Assembly: GCF_036365525.1 (NCBI RefSeq)
Contig: NC_090388.1
Coordinates: forward strand, 26,738,662 to 26,802,661
Length of the DNA stretch: 64,000 nt
Reading direction: 5' to 3'
DNA from: Heterodontus francisci
Lineage: Eukaryota
Below are positions 35,279 through 48,422 of this stretch, piece by piece; within the stretch, counting starts at the first letter, position 1; each line of letters begins with the position of its first letter. The position numbers and the translations under genes were made by a program. The notes beneath the pieces were generated by a model. The model was not told where the DNA came from and made no database searches. It worked only from the letters and a program-made list of their open reading frames with translations.

Positions 35279-35533
35279 ATGACTGCAGCTATTTTTCTCC
35301 TGTAAGAGAGGAGAGAAACTAATTGAAAATAAAAGAGGAAGGAAGAATAAATATATATTTTTTAAAGTATTTGCAAGTACCTATGTTTGTTCAAGTGAAA
35401 GTATTTTTTTCAAACAATAGACCATTTTATTAACAAGTGCAGCCATGCCACTAAGTAGAGCCCCAAATTATAAAGCACAAAGCTTCTCCTCCTGTATTTG
35501 ATTTAACATGTTCCAACATATATATTCTTTCAG

Positions 35534-35606
35534 ATTATTGGAGCAGTCATTTTAGCATGTGGCATTTGGATCTTATGGGATGAGAACAGTTTTATTACCA
35601 CACTGT
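35534..35606 (+). CDS. TSPAN19: Tetraspanin coding exon 2: IIGAVILACGIWILWDENSFITTL
   Basis: ttcag acceptor, gtgagt donor, 73 nt, G-x-W motif, phase 0 to 1. Confidence 0.92.
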
Positions 35607-38278
35607 GTGAGTACTTTTTGTTACTGTACATTAAGAAGATACTGGGAAAAAATAATAACACAGAATAAGAGAGAGGAAACTTTAAGCAGCTTCATGTGTG
35701 ACACTAACAATTTTTGTACGTTCTTTAAAACAATTCATTGCAATTAAGTGCAATGCAGCTACCCATACTTCAAATACAGCTTGGTTTATTTTCATGTTTG
35801 TATATAATTAACAGTGGGAAGTGGTGAAATACCATGCACCTTAAAGAGGTTATTTTCTGGATTTCACTATTCCAAAGTGCATATTGTCAATAATAAAATA
35901 TTTTCTCTCAGTAACACTCATCATGGATGTATATTAACATCATTAGCATCACCCTGAGTTTAAAAATAAGTCACTGAAAATTCAAGACAAAGGTGTATTC
36001 TCTTCTGTGATCCCACTTGAAAATGGATAACATCAAGATGGAGAATGAGGGAAAATTCAGGTGGAATTCAGGAACAGGCAGAACTCCTGCCCTGTTGGAA
36101 CACTGCTTGGTAGAAAGAGAATCCCAGCAGAATTTTCATTCTACACATATGGCATAAAAAGACTGACAATTTAAATTCACATAACGTAGAAAATATGCAT
36201 ATTTAAGCTGTAAAATAGGTTATACTGCTTAGCTGTATACTCATTTGGTTTAACATTTTAAAAAGCCCACACTTTTCCCCATTTACTTCTGTGGAAGTTT
36301 ACTCTATTGTATCTCCACTTATACCATTGAAATTTGTCAATTGTTGACTCCTTGGCCGGGATTTTATGCGCAGGCGAAGGCCCTGTCCACCAGCCAGAAA
36401 GTCAGAGGAAACCCCACCTTGGCCGGTTCTGGGAACCCAGATTGGATTTTACGTGCAACTGGCAATTAACTGCCTGACATTAGAGCTCACGTCCCTTTAA
36501 GGGACAAGATCCTGCCTCCATAAGCTGCTAGCCAGTTGGAGGGCCAGCAGCTCTTCAGTCCCAGCAGTGCCACTCGCTGTTCCTGCCACTGGTGAATTTC
36601 CCCAGGCAGGGTGGAGGGCGGCCCCAAGAACCCACCCAATTGGTTAACAAATTTAAGTAAGGTCGTTAAAGAGCTTATTGAGAGCTTCTTGAGATTTTGG
36701 TGCAGGTGCACGGGCTGCACGCTGGGTCAGGAGCAGACCAGGTACATGGAGATGGCAACACAGCGGGGAGCCAGTCATGGCAGCCCCAAATGATTAGTTG
36801 TGTCATAAAAGGGGGACGGGCTAAGAAGATGACTCGGCCATTGGCACACAGGTGCCATCGGGTCAGCCCAGGTTGCGGGGAGAGTGGTCAAAAAGTGCTT
36901 GGGCAGTACAGGGGGTTATTGCCCTCCTGGCATGCGGGGGCATAAGAGGAGGGGGCAAGGCTTCCAGGCACAATTGGGAGGCTACCTGAGTGCAAAGAAG
37001 GCAGCAGCTGACATTGGGAGCATAACTCTCAGATTTTGGATCCAGTGGCGACGAGGGGCAACATCTTCCGCAGGATGGGCAGAGCCCCAGGCATCAGGAG
37101 GGCAGGGGAGAGGGATGAGGGGCAGGAAGGCAATGGAGGCCACACCCCCAGCGTAGGATTTACCACCGAAGATGGAACTACCTGGACATGTCAGAGAATA
37201 AATGCCAAAGGAGATTGCAACTCATTAGGCAGATGGTCACAGACATCTGTGCCCTTGTCGCAGAAGACCTTGCATCTTGCAGCACTGCTTACCGTGCTCT
37301 GAGTGGCCGTTAAAGTCACTGTGGCCTTGAACTTCTTCACCTCTGGCTCCTTCCAAGGATCAGCAGCGGACCTTGGTGGCATCTTGCAAATAGTTGCACA
37401 TCTCATTACATCTCACAGGTCACTAATGCCCTATTTGCGAGAGCTGGACAGTACATTCAATTCCAGACAGTTACAGCCTCACAGGCACAGAGGACATTGG
37501 GTTTCGCAATTGCTGGATTCCCCCAGGTGCGGGTCCTCATCAATTGCACTTATGTGGTCATCAAGGTACCCAGGGACCGGGCGGTGAGATTAATCAACAG
37601 GAAAGGCTTCCACTCCCCCAATCTTCAACTGGTCTATGACCAGAACAAGAGCTTCCTCTGTGTGTGTGCTTGCTTTTCCGGCAACTGCCCTGACTCCTTC
37701 ATCCTCTGGCAGTCCAGGCTGCCGCAGCTCTTGATTCCACCCCTCAAGCTACATGGATAGATTTGAGGGGATGACAGATATCTCTTGAAGAGATGGTTAT
37801 TCATTCCTCTATGAGAACCTGAGACAGAGGCACAGAGGTGCTACGATCTAAGCCATCTGCTCACTAGTATCAGCATCAAGCAGACCATTGGACTTCTGAA
37901 GATGCAGTTCCAGTGCTGGGACCAGTCGGATGGCATCCACCAGTGCACACCTGCAAGGGTTCTTTGCATTGTGATGGTCTTCTGCGCTCTCCATAACATG
38001 GCCCTCCAGAGAGGTGTGGGCCTTGAAGAAGGTCAAGCCCTGGAACGTCAAAGCTCATCAGAGGAAGAGGAGGAGGAGGAGGAAAATGCAGACAACAGAG
38101 GTGCTCTGGCTGCTTTGACCTGGCGCAGGCATCGAGGGTCTTGTCAGGGATCATCTTATTCAGACTTGTTTCAGCTGAGCCCCTCTAACCCAGGGAAAAC
38201 GCCATGGTCCTTTGAGCTGCCTGTGAGAACACTTGTATTAAAGACGCAGCCTGGGACAGATCATCAAATCATCAAATA

Positions 38279-40820
38279 AGGCCATTTGGGTGGAGCTCAG
38301 AAATAAAAAAGGGGCAGCCACACTACGAGGAGTGTACAATAGACCCCCAAATAGTGAGAGGGAGGTAGAAGAACAAATATGTAGGCAAATGTATGAGTGC
38401 AAAAACTATAGGGCAATAATAGTTGGGAATTTCAACTGCCCTGTTATCAACTGGGATACAAACAGTGTAAAGGGCACAGAGGGGACAAAATTCTTGAACT
38501 GCATTCAAGAGAGCCTTTTTAGCCAGCACGTAACAAGCCCAATGAGAGGGGCCGCAATTCTAGATTTAGTCATCGGTAATGAAGCTGGGCAAGTGGAGGA
38601 AGTAACAGTGGGTGACCATTTTGGAGATAGTGACCATAATAATGGTTTTAGCATAATTATGGAAAAGGACAAAGATAAAACAGGAGTAAGAGTTCTAAAT
38701 TGGGGGGAAGGCAAATTTTAAGAAGCTGAGAGGTGACCTGGCAAAAGTGGACTGGATGCAGCTACTTGAAGGAAAAACAGTGGCAAACCAGTGGGAGGCA
38801 TTCAAAAGCGGGATTCTACAGGCACAGTGTAGGCATATCCCCACAAAGATAAAGGGTGGTGCAGCCAAATCTAGAGCTCCCTGGTTATCTAGAAGCTTAT
38901 AGGGTAAGTTAATGCAGAAAAAGAAAGCTTTGACGATCATAAAAATCTTAATACTTTAGAAATCCTAGAGAAGTATAGAAAGTGCAGGGGTGAAGTAAAA
39001 AAGGAAATTATAAAAGCAAAGAGAGGACATGAAAAATTATTGGCAGGTAAAATCAGGGAAAACCCAAAGTTGTTTTATCAGTACATTAAGAGCAAGAGGA
39101 TAACTAAGGAAAGGGTAGGGCCTATCAGAGATGTACAAGGGAACTTATGTGTGGATGCAGAAGATATGGGCAGGGTTCTTAATGAGTTTTTTGTCTCTAT
39201 CTTCACAAAGGAGAGGGCTGATCTAGACGTTGTAGTTAAAGAGGAGGAGTGTGAAAGATTATATGTGATAAGTATAATGTACTAGAGGGTCTGACATCCT
39301 TGAAAGTGGATAAATTGCCAGGGCCGGATGGATTGCATCCCAGGTTGTTAAAGGAAGCCAGGGAGGAAATAGCGGATGCGCTGAGGATCATCTTCAAATC
39401 CTTACTAGATACTGGAGAGGTACCAGATGACTGGAGGTCTGCGACTGTTGTACCATTGTTTAAAAAGGGTGCGAGGGATAGTCCAAATAATTATAGGCAG
39501 GTCAGTCTGACCTCGGTGGTGGATAAATTGTAAGAATCTATTCTGAGGGACAGGATAAACTGCCACTTAGAAAGGCACGGATTAATCAGGAATAGTCAGC
39601 ATGGATTTGTTAAAGGAAGGTCATGTCTTACTAACTTAATTGAGTTTTTTGAGGAAGTAACAAGAAGTATTGATGAGCAAAGTGCAGTGGATGTGGCCTA
39701 CATGGACTTTAGTAAGGCATTTGACAAGGTCCCACAGGGCAGACTGGTCAGAAAAATTAAAGCCCATGGGATACAGGGGAATGTGGCAGGTTGGATCCAG
39801 AATTGGCTCAGGGCCAGGAAACAAAAGGTAGTAGTCAATGGATGTTTTTGTGAATGGAAAGCTGTTTCCAGTGGCATTCCACAGGGCTCAGTGTTGGGTC
39901 CCTTGCTGTTTGTGGTATATATTAATGATTTAGACTTAAATGTGGGGGGCATGATTAGGAAATTTGAAGATGACACAAAAACTGGCCGTGTAGTTGATAG
40001 TGAAGAGGATAGCTGTAGACTCCAGAAAGATATCAATGGTTTGATTGAGTGGGCAGAAAAGTGGCAAATGGAATTCAACCCAGATAAGTGTGAGATAATG
40101 CATTTGGGGAGGACAAATAAAGTGAGGGAATACACAATAAACGGGAGGATATTGAGAGGGGTAGAAGAAGTGAGAGACCTTGGAGTGCATGTCCACAGGT
40201 CCCTGAAGGTGGCAGGACCGGTAGACAGAGTGATATAAAAGAATAGAGATAGATAAGGATGCAATGCTGGAACTGTATAAAACACTGGTTAGGCCCCAGT
40301 TGGAGTATCGCGTACAGTTCTGGTCACATTACTGAAAGAACATAATTGCTCTGGAGAGAATACAGAGGAAATTTACAAGAATATTGCTAGGCTTGAAAGT
40401 TGCAGCGATGAGGAAAGATTGGATAGGCAAGGTTTGTTTTCCTTAGAACAGTGGAGGCTGAGGGGTGACTTAATAGAGGTGTAAAAAATTATGAGGGGTC
40501 TAGATAGAGAGCGGAGAGGTCCATTACCAGGGGGCATAGATTTAAGGTGATTGGTCGAAGGATTAGAGCGGACATGAGGAAAAACTTTTTCACCCAGAGG
40601 GTGGTGGGTGTCTGGAATTCACTGCCAGGAATGGTGGTGGAGGCAGAAACCCTCAATTCTTTTAAAAGGTAGCTGGACATGCACTTGAAGTGCTGTAGCC
40701 AGCAAGGCTATGGACCAGTTTCCGGAAAGTGGGATTAGATTGGGTGGCTAGTTTTATCAGCGGGTGCGGACATGATGGGCTGAATGGCCTCGTTCGGTGC
40801 CGAAACTTTTCTATGGTTCT
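38279..40820 (+). mobile_element. CR1 LINE (EN + RT) nested in the Harbinger element
   Basis: RPP, GNFN, LDLV, SDH; PGPDGLHPRLLKE; DFSKAFDKVP; FEDD; tail ttttctatggttcta. Confidence 0.92.
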
Positions 40821-40944
40821 AACTTTTCACACTAATCTGCCCAGAAGTTGTTCACAGATCTTAGTTCCCCTTTACCACTTCCTCCCTCTTGTCCCACCAT
40901 TACTAAAAGGAAGCTCATACGTCTGGCTTCATGTTCATATTTAC

Positions 40945-41719
40945 ATGGTTCTCAAAAAGACAAATGGCTGAATTTAATGGAGCCAGCAGGGGTCCTGACG
41001 CTGGGCCGAAAAGACAATGGGAACCCCGTTACAGCTGTTTGGAGCACCCCCGCCTGGTGAAATTTAATGGCGCTCAGGCAATTAATTGCCTGGCGCCAGG
41101 GTCTCTGTCCCTTTAAGGACGGGGATCCTGCCTCCAAGAGCTGCTGGCCAATCAGAGGGCTGGTAGCTCAGTAGTATCTACAGTGCCACTGGAAAGGGTG
41201 GCCACTGCCTGTACTATACCAGGCATGGTACCAGGCCCATCTCTGGAGCCCTGGACCCCAGACAAGTGTGGTGGAGCTGCCGGGGCCAATCTGGCAGGGT
41301 CCAGTAAAGTGGGGCGGGGAGGAAGATGAATGTTGAGGGCTGGTGGTGTGTTCGTGGAGGTGTGGCCTTTGCTACCAGAGGCTCTCCATGAGCCCCAGAT
41401 TGCCCATAAAGGATGCTTCCACCCAAGCTTGCATCAAGGCCACCTTATTTCATCGGCAGCTTCCCCATGTGGCAGAGGACCCCGCCACTGGTGTAATTCC
41501 AGCAGTGTCAGGAAGAAACCCTTAAGTGGCCATTAGTTGGCCACTTGAGGGCTTCAATTGGCCTCAGGGTGGGAAGACCATCTTCAGCATTTTCTGCCGC
41601 TGACTTAATCGCAGGGTGACAGGAAGGCGATGGGCACTCTGCCCCCCTGCTTTCCATTGCTATTTTAATGGGCCCCCTGCCTCCCCTCCCATCTCTCAAG
41701 AGCCCATAAAATACCACCC
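40945..41719. mobile_element. Harbinger-type MITE nested in the Harbinger element
   Basis: Termini tggctgaatttaatg / cataaaataccaccc. Interior gtccctttaaggac..atcctgcctcc shared with ~36491 and ~46545. Confidence 0.7.
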
Positions 41720-44057
41720 AAAAAGTGAAGTTACATGTGATAGAAACCCTAGTGACCCATGAGGTTGGGGCAGACTCTCATTTGTCTGAGCTTGCAGCTG
41801 CAATGCACATGGAGGGCATCCCCATCATGGAGGTGGGAACACCTCCAGAGGCTACTGCACCAATGTCATTGTAGACACAGCCTCCATCACTCAGCCCTGC
41901 TGCACAGATGGTCCCTCAGTCAGAGGGGCCGATGAGGCCGATGATGATCGTGCCCTGTGAGGGGTTGCACCCTCATCCTTCTTGGTGAATGCCTCAGTCC
42001 TTGACAGGTGCTCCGGATGGCTGGAAGGGAGCACCAGCTGGGGCGCAACTGGCATCCCATCCAAACATCCTTATGCCATCAGAGCCACTGACCATCCAAG
42101 ACTACATAGTGTATTCTGTACACGTCATGTGCTGCTGTAAATGACTCTCCACGAGGTTGGCCACTGTCAATGGAGGAGCTCATCACCCAGTATTACCCTG
42201 TCTAAGCGTGTGGAAGGATTCACCAAGGTGACTGTATCTGTGCTGGTGCAGGATGCGCTTGTAAGTTGTGACAGTGCTTGCTCTGAGGGCTGCTCTGGCA
42301 GCGCTTGGCCCAGTGATGGTACAGGAATCAGTCTTTGAGCTGTGACATCTGCACTTGTGAGAGACAAAAGAAGAGATCATGAGAGCTAGCCTTGGAGAGG
42401 AGAAGCCTCTGCAGTGCTGAAGTTTCTCAATGCAGCTGAGTCTTTGGCATGCTGTCAGACGGGGAGGAGTGCAATGCACCCCCTTAATGTACACATTCCA
42501 ATTTGTCTTCACCCTCTCCACCACAGATGCCCATCTCGCCTTCTCCAACTTGCTCCTGGTCAGCGACCCTGGCAACTCCTTGGCTTCCTCTTCCATTGTG
42601 GTGATGATTTGCTATTCTGATATGAATGTGAAACTAAAAAGCTGCAGTTTGGAAAGAGAAGGTTACTCAAAATTTAAGAATTATACTCTATGATTACTAA
42701 TGTACTTGAAGCTTTATTTTAACAATGCATAATAAGAAGCTTTGTTTTCTTTGCAAATGTGACACATGTTGGGACTTTAAGGGATGGTAATATAATCTTT
42801 AATCTAAATTTGTGGTTGAGAGTTGCAAGGCTATTCAAACCAGGAGCGTTGATAATTTAAATGAAATACAGGAAGCTATGCTATATACAGATGTACAGAA
42901 AACTGACTGAACCTGACCAGCATGCATTGTGAAGGCCAAAAGTGCTTTGAGCTAAATTAATCTGTTAACAGCTGCAAGCTGTCTTCATTAAAGATAAACA
43001 AAGACACTGGTGAAAAAAAACACTTTAAGGCTATGGAATGTTTAGCAAAAAGCAGAAAAGTTGTAAAAATCTAATCAAAAGCAGACATACTTCGAAGCTA
43101 TGGTTCACTTTGATGCTGAGTTAAAACATTGGAAAAAACGCATGTACGCAAAAACATGGACCCTTAGTGTCTAAAAATACAAAGTCAAGAGACTGATCAT
43201 GCTTGAAAACGTTAAATTAGCTGGCCTAAGTAGTCCAAAGTGTTTTGAAAAGCTGCTAGAAAGTGATAAACTGACATTGATTGATGATATCAGAGTTTGC
43301 CTTCTTTTGAAATGCAGAGAAACTGACATCACAAGAAGCTATGTTTTTCTATTATATATACTTTTTCAGATAAACTCTGTCTTTAATTCACCAGGCAACA
43401 GTTTGTAAGAAGTCCATAATCTGGGGGACTCTGATGTTTTAATTGTCCTGTAGTTTAATTGTCCTCTGCACCCAGGAAAGGAAGCTGCCATTGTGTTTAC
43501 TGATAAAGATCTTAAAGGCATCTGTAACATCCACGAGAGGTGAAGATTTTACTGAGGGAACTATAAACATATGCTCATTGTCAAGGCAATTTCTGATATC
43601 ATAATTTAAACAAAGAATTAGATGCCTCATTGGACAATTGTAGTTTAAGGTGGATTTTGATAGGACAGTACAATCTTGTCAATGAAACAGCCTGCCCATC
43701 TTGGAAAGAAAGGTATAAAAATCATTGCAAATAGTGATTCAGTGCTTAAGCCAGGGAATTTGGTCAGTTGCAAAGAGTACGATCAATGGGAAGTGACCCC
43801 TTGTTGGGTGATCATATGTATAACTCTTTGTAAAGTATTTGTGACTAATAGGTGTTTTGTAGTATTAACTGATATTCCTAACAAACATAGTAAAGACATG
43901 AGTGTTTAATTTGAGCTTTGAGTGTTGTCTCATTATTTCTCATAATTCTCGTATTAGAACAGTAAACTGTCCAGGGGGTAGAAGGTTACATCTTACAGGA
44001 CAAATATGAAAGTACATTTTCTGAGTTTCTGTATTAATTGCTTTCTCAATTATTCAG

Positions 44058-44191
44058 TTCCTACAGAAGACCAAGATAACATTTTAAGCATTAGTGCCTA
44101 CTGTTTCCTTGCGATTGGTATCACTGTTATCATAGTGTCCTTGGTGGGATGTATGGGAAGTATAAAAGAAGTGAAATGCTTGTTTAATCTG
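44058..44191 (+). CDS. TSPAN19: Tetraspanin coding exon 3: (F)PTEDQDNILSISAYCFLAIGITVIIVSLVGCMGSIKEVKCLFNL
   Basis: ttcag / gtaagt, 134 nt, TM2 and GCxG..E..C signature. Confidence 0.93.
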
Positions 44192-44669
44192 GTAAGTTCA
44201 GTACACTTTAAACCTTCCTGGCATCAATGTAAAAATGATGTTCTGTATAGCCTTTATTTTATAATAGCATGTTTTTGTAAATATTACACTGATATTATGT
44301 CTGACAATAGCAGATACAAAGCCTGTTTTCCATTACTGGTCAAAAATTATGATTGAAGAAATACTATATTACCCTTGGATAAGTAACAATGATATGATTG
44401 CTTATTATAAGCTTTGGTTTAATCCCACCAGAATGACTATTTTACTTTTTATTTTCATTGAACTAAATTAAAATTCTTCCCATGTTGGTTGTTGTTGGTT
44501 TACACTGTATATGATGTATTATCTTATGTAACTAAAATATATATTAAGAATAAATAATAACAATAATTAATAATTTGATAAATCTCTTCTACCAAAATAA
44601 CTCCTACTGTGGTAAGATCGCCACAATATTGACGACGTGCCATTTATACATGGACAGCATCACTTAATT

Positions 44670-44925
44670 TCTTTTTTTCACTTCTCAGGAATGCCACATT
44701 TATTGCACATGCGCCTTCTTCTTGAGAAGCTGTTTTTACAACTGAGTGTTTGCTTGGTCACTTCAAAGGGCATTAAGATTCAATCATTTGTCTGGGATTG
44801 GAGTCGCATAAGGGGCAGACCTGGCAGGGTTGGCTGGTTCCCTTCACTGAAGGGTGTTAGAAAACCAATTGGTAGCTTTCACACTCATTCTTTCTGGTGC
44901 TAACTTACAAACGACCAGATTTTAG
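44670..44925 (-). mobile_element. Old short non-autonomous derivative of the tRNA-headed LINE (5' region joined to 3' tail)
   Basis: 44738-44880 aligns by eye to 13303-13440, and 44670-44730 aligns to the LINE 3' tail (atttattgc.cat..cttgagaag). Confidence 0.6.
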
Positions 44926-45191
44926 AGGGTATTTTAACTCCCAGTAGGAAAGCCAGAGGGTCACCCACCCATGGGCTGCAGTATGAGGCCCAGGCCACTT
45001 TAATAGCCAGGCCTCATTAACAGCCAGCAGGTTGACCAAAATGGACATTCAGAGCAGCTTGTTGACTTTGGGCCTATGAAGGTCAAGTGGCTCAGAGACC
45101 ACCAGGCCAGAAGTCAGGCAAGTCACAGTGAATGGTTGGTGGGAGGTTTATGAGGGTTTTGGAGGTTTTAAGGGAAGGGGCATTTACTCTC

Positions 45192-45380
45192 AGGGTAATT
45201 TTGACTTTGTGCAAAAGTGTAAAATGAGTAATAGCAAATCGGCAGTCTGTTTTACATCTCTCCCGATTTTTATTTACCCTCTTATTGACTTCAATGGAAT
45301 AAAAATCCGAAGAGGTGTAAAATGGGCAGATGATTTTCTATTACCCATTCTACACTACTGCACAAAATCAAATTTACCCC
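45192..45380. mobile_element. Palindromic MITE, TSD CTC
   Basis: agggtaattttgactttgtgca ... tgcacaaaatcaaatttacccc, imperfect fold-back centred on attgacttcaat. ctc on both flanks. Confidence 0.8.
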
Positions 45381-45468
45381 CTCTTTCTAATATGGAATCA
45401 AATAGTTCAACAGGTTAGGAAATGCTGTTGGAGCTGTTGCACTGATTTATGTATTTATTTATTTTCAG

Positions 45469-45543
45469 TACTTCTTCTTTCTGATCCTCATTTTTATTCT
45501 TCAACTTGCTATTGGATTGGCTGTAGTTTTTCAATATAGCAAG
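45469..45543 (+). CDS. TSPAN19: Tetraspanin coding exon 4: YFFFLILIFILQLAIGLAVVFQYSK (TM3)
   Basis: tttcag / AAG|gtaagt, 75 nt, polar Q in TM3. Confidence 0.93.
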
Positions 45544-46403
45544 GTAAGTATGCATTTTGCTGTTATTTTCTAAACCCACTATGACAATTAATTAATAGGA
45601 GTATTACATGTTAATAAACGGATTAAGTCATAGTGAGGATGGTTGATCTTGAACTTGTTTGTTGTTGTGTAATAAATTGGATCTTTATAAATAAGCTATA
45701 TTTGCATTTTATGAATAAGAACATAATCAGTAACAAACATTCTGATGATATTCTGTACTATTATGATCTTTGCCTGCTCCAGTTAACACACAATGCATCT
45801 CCAGCAAAATCCTTGAACTCATCTAGTCACATAGTTTAATCATTTAAACATTTAATACAGCAGTGTACAAATGAACATAATGTGATAAAGTGAGTGAAAG
45901 CAGAATATTAAATGTGAAAAAATGATATTCAGTCATTGCTACATCTCTCCAGCATTACGGCAACAATTATTTGTGTCTAACATTGATGTTATCACACACA
46001 AGATATTAATTTTACAGTGACAAGATTTTAAATACAGTTCTGTTTTGCATTAAAAAAGTACCTTATCTACTGGTGTCTGAAATAAGGCATGTATTATTTC
46101 CCATTCAAATCCCCTCTTCATATGATTTTTTAAAATGTTTGTTATTCTAGTGTTGAAAATGCCCAATTCCTGACATGCAGCATTCACAAATTCTGTTTAA
46201 CAAAGAGGCTGGTGACAATCTTAAGGCCTGAATGACAGGCAGGAGCAAAAATAAGAACAAAGTTACAAGATTGATATCACATGAAATAAAACCTGAAGTT
46301 TTAATGTATTGCAGAACCACAATGTACTTAAAAACCAACCAAACCTGTTTGTAACATTATCTGAACCAGTTGATGCAGTTACTGAGGCACTTTCTCAAAC
46401 ATT

Positions 46404-48422
46404 GGGCTGCATTTTATTCTGAGTCACGGCAGAGGGCTGGAAGGCGGGGGTGGGGGTGGGGGTGGGGGAGACCCTGCCCTGGCTCTCCGTCAGATCCTCA
46501 AATCATTCCATGATGAGCAGCCAATTAACTGCCCACCGTCAGGGTTCCTTTAAGAGATGAGCTCCCACCTCCAAAGCGGCCCACCAATTGGAAGGCTGGA
46601 ATCTCTCCAGTACCAGCAGCGCCACTGGGAATGGTGGCCACTGCTGGTACTGCCGGAGGCTCTGCAGTACTGAGAGAAGACCCTGGGAAAAGAGAAAGGG
46701 ATCAAGGTTTGTTGGGGCCATTCAGGCAGGTCCCGGCAATGGGGTTGTGGCGGGTGGGTGTTGGTGAGGGCGGGGGGGGGTGTCTTCTGGGGGGGAATCA
46801 ATTCTGAGAAACAGGACAAACTGTCACTTAGAAAGGCACGGATTAATCTGGGATAGTCAGCATCGATTTGTTAAGGGAAGGTCATGTCTCACTAAATTGA
46901 TTGAGTTTTTTGAAGAAGTAACAAGGAGGATTGATGAGGGTAGTGTAGTGGACGTGGTCTACATGGATTTTAGTAATGCATTTGACAAGGTACCACATGT
47001 CAGACTGGTCAGTAAAATGAAAGCACAGGGGAATGTGGTGAGTTGAATCTAAAATTGGCTCAGAGACAGGAAACAAAGTGTAATGATCAGCAGAAGTTTT
47101 TGCGAATGGAAGGCAGTTTCCAGTGGCATTCCACAGGGCTCAGTGTTGGGTTCTTTGCTATTTGTGGTATATATAAATGATTTGGATTTAAATGTGGGAG
47201 GCATGATAGGGAAATTTGTAAATGACACAAAAATTGGCTGTGTAGTTGATAGTGAAGAGGATAGCTGTAGACTCCAGAATGATATCAATGGTTTGGTTGA
47301 GTGGGCGGAAAAGTGGCAAATGGAATTCAATCCGGAGAAGTTTGCGGTATGAATTTGGGGAGGACAAATACAGCAAGGGAATACACAATAAATTGGAGGA
47401 TATTGAGAGGAGTAGGGAAGTGAGAGAACTTGGAGTGCATCTCCACAGGCCCCTGAAAGGTGGTAGGACAGGTAGATAAAGTGGTGAAGAAGGCATATGG
47501 AATGCTTTCCGTTATTGGCCGAGGTATAGAATATAAAATCAGGAATGTAATGCTGGAACTGTATAAAATGCTATTTAGGCCATAGCTGGAGTATTGCGTA
47601 CAGTTCTGGTCACCACATTATAGGAAGGACATAATTTATCTGGAGAAAGTACAGAGGAGATTTACAAGAATGTTGCCAGGACTTGAAAATTGCAGCTATG
47701 GGGAAAGATTGGATAGGCTAGGGTTGTTTTCCTTAGAACAGAGGAGGCTGAGGGGTGACTTAATTGAGGTGTACAAAATTATGAGGGGCCTAGATAGGGT
47801 AGACAGGAAGACCTGTTTCCTCTAGCAGAGAGGTCAATTACCAGGCGGCACAAATTTAAGATGATTGGTCGAAGAATTAAAGGGGACGAGGAAAAACTAT
47901 TTCAACCAGAGGGTGGTGGGTGTCTGGAATTCACTGCCAGGAATGGTGGTGGAGGTAGAAACTCTCAATTTATTTAAAAGATACCGAGACCTGCTCTTGA
48001 AGTGCTGTAACCTCCAAGGCTACAGACCAGATGCTGGAAGGTGGGATTAGATTGGGTGGATAGTTATTTTGGCCAGTGCAGACATGGGCTGAATGGCCTT
48101 GTTCTGTGCCATAACTTTTCTATGGTTCTATGGGAGCGATTGCCACCAGGGGCCCTCTGGGGGTCCTGGATTGCCCCCAAAGGAGGGACTCCCCCTCCCA
48201 CCCCCCAAACCCACTAGGCTTTACCTGGCAGTGTCTCCCCATGGCGGCAGGACTCTCTGCCCTCCACAAAATTGAATTGGAGGTGGGAAAAGGCCCTTAA
48301 ATGGCCATTAATTGGCTACTTAAGGGCCCCAATTAGCCTGGGGCGGGACTGTCGACCCCTTCCATTTTGTTGGCCTGCTTGCCTTCCATGCCCACTTCCA
48401 AGAAGACAATAAAATTCTGCCC
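46404..48422. mobile_element. Harbinger-type MITE, TSD ATT, interrupted by a CR1
   Basis: TIRs gggctgcattttatt / aataaaattctgccc. att at 46401-46403 and 48423-48425. Confidence 0.85.
46795..48131 (+). mobile_element. 5'-truncated CR1 LINE, same subfamily as 38279-40820
   Basis: RT motifs (DFSNAFDKVPH, GIPQGSVLG) and the same tail ttttctatggttcta. Confidence 0.92.

Larger units (their letters stand above)
36354..42610 (+). mobile_element. Decayed autonomous PIF/Harbinger element (transposase remnant ~37130-38130 on +, probable second-ORF remnant on - at ~41760-42610), interrupted by a CR1 and a MITE
   Basis: TIR ggccgggattttatg at 36354. VKVTVALNFFTSGSFQ, GFPQV..INCT, NRKGFHS.NLQLV.D and CALHN (HARBI1-like DDE) motifs with stops and frameshifts. 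Confidence 0.85.

Noticed and set aside
37130-38130. Domesticated HARBI1 host gene (also 61705-62710)
   Set aside because: Multiple stops and frameshifts, altered catalytic motifs, a TIR on the first copy and nested insertions indicate dead transposons.
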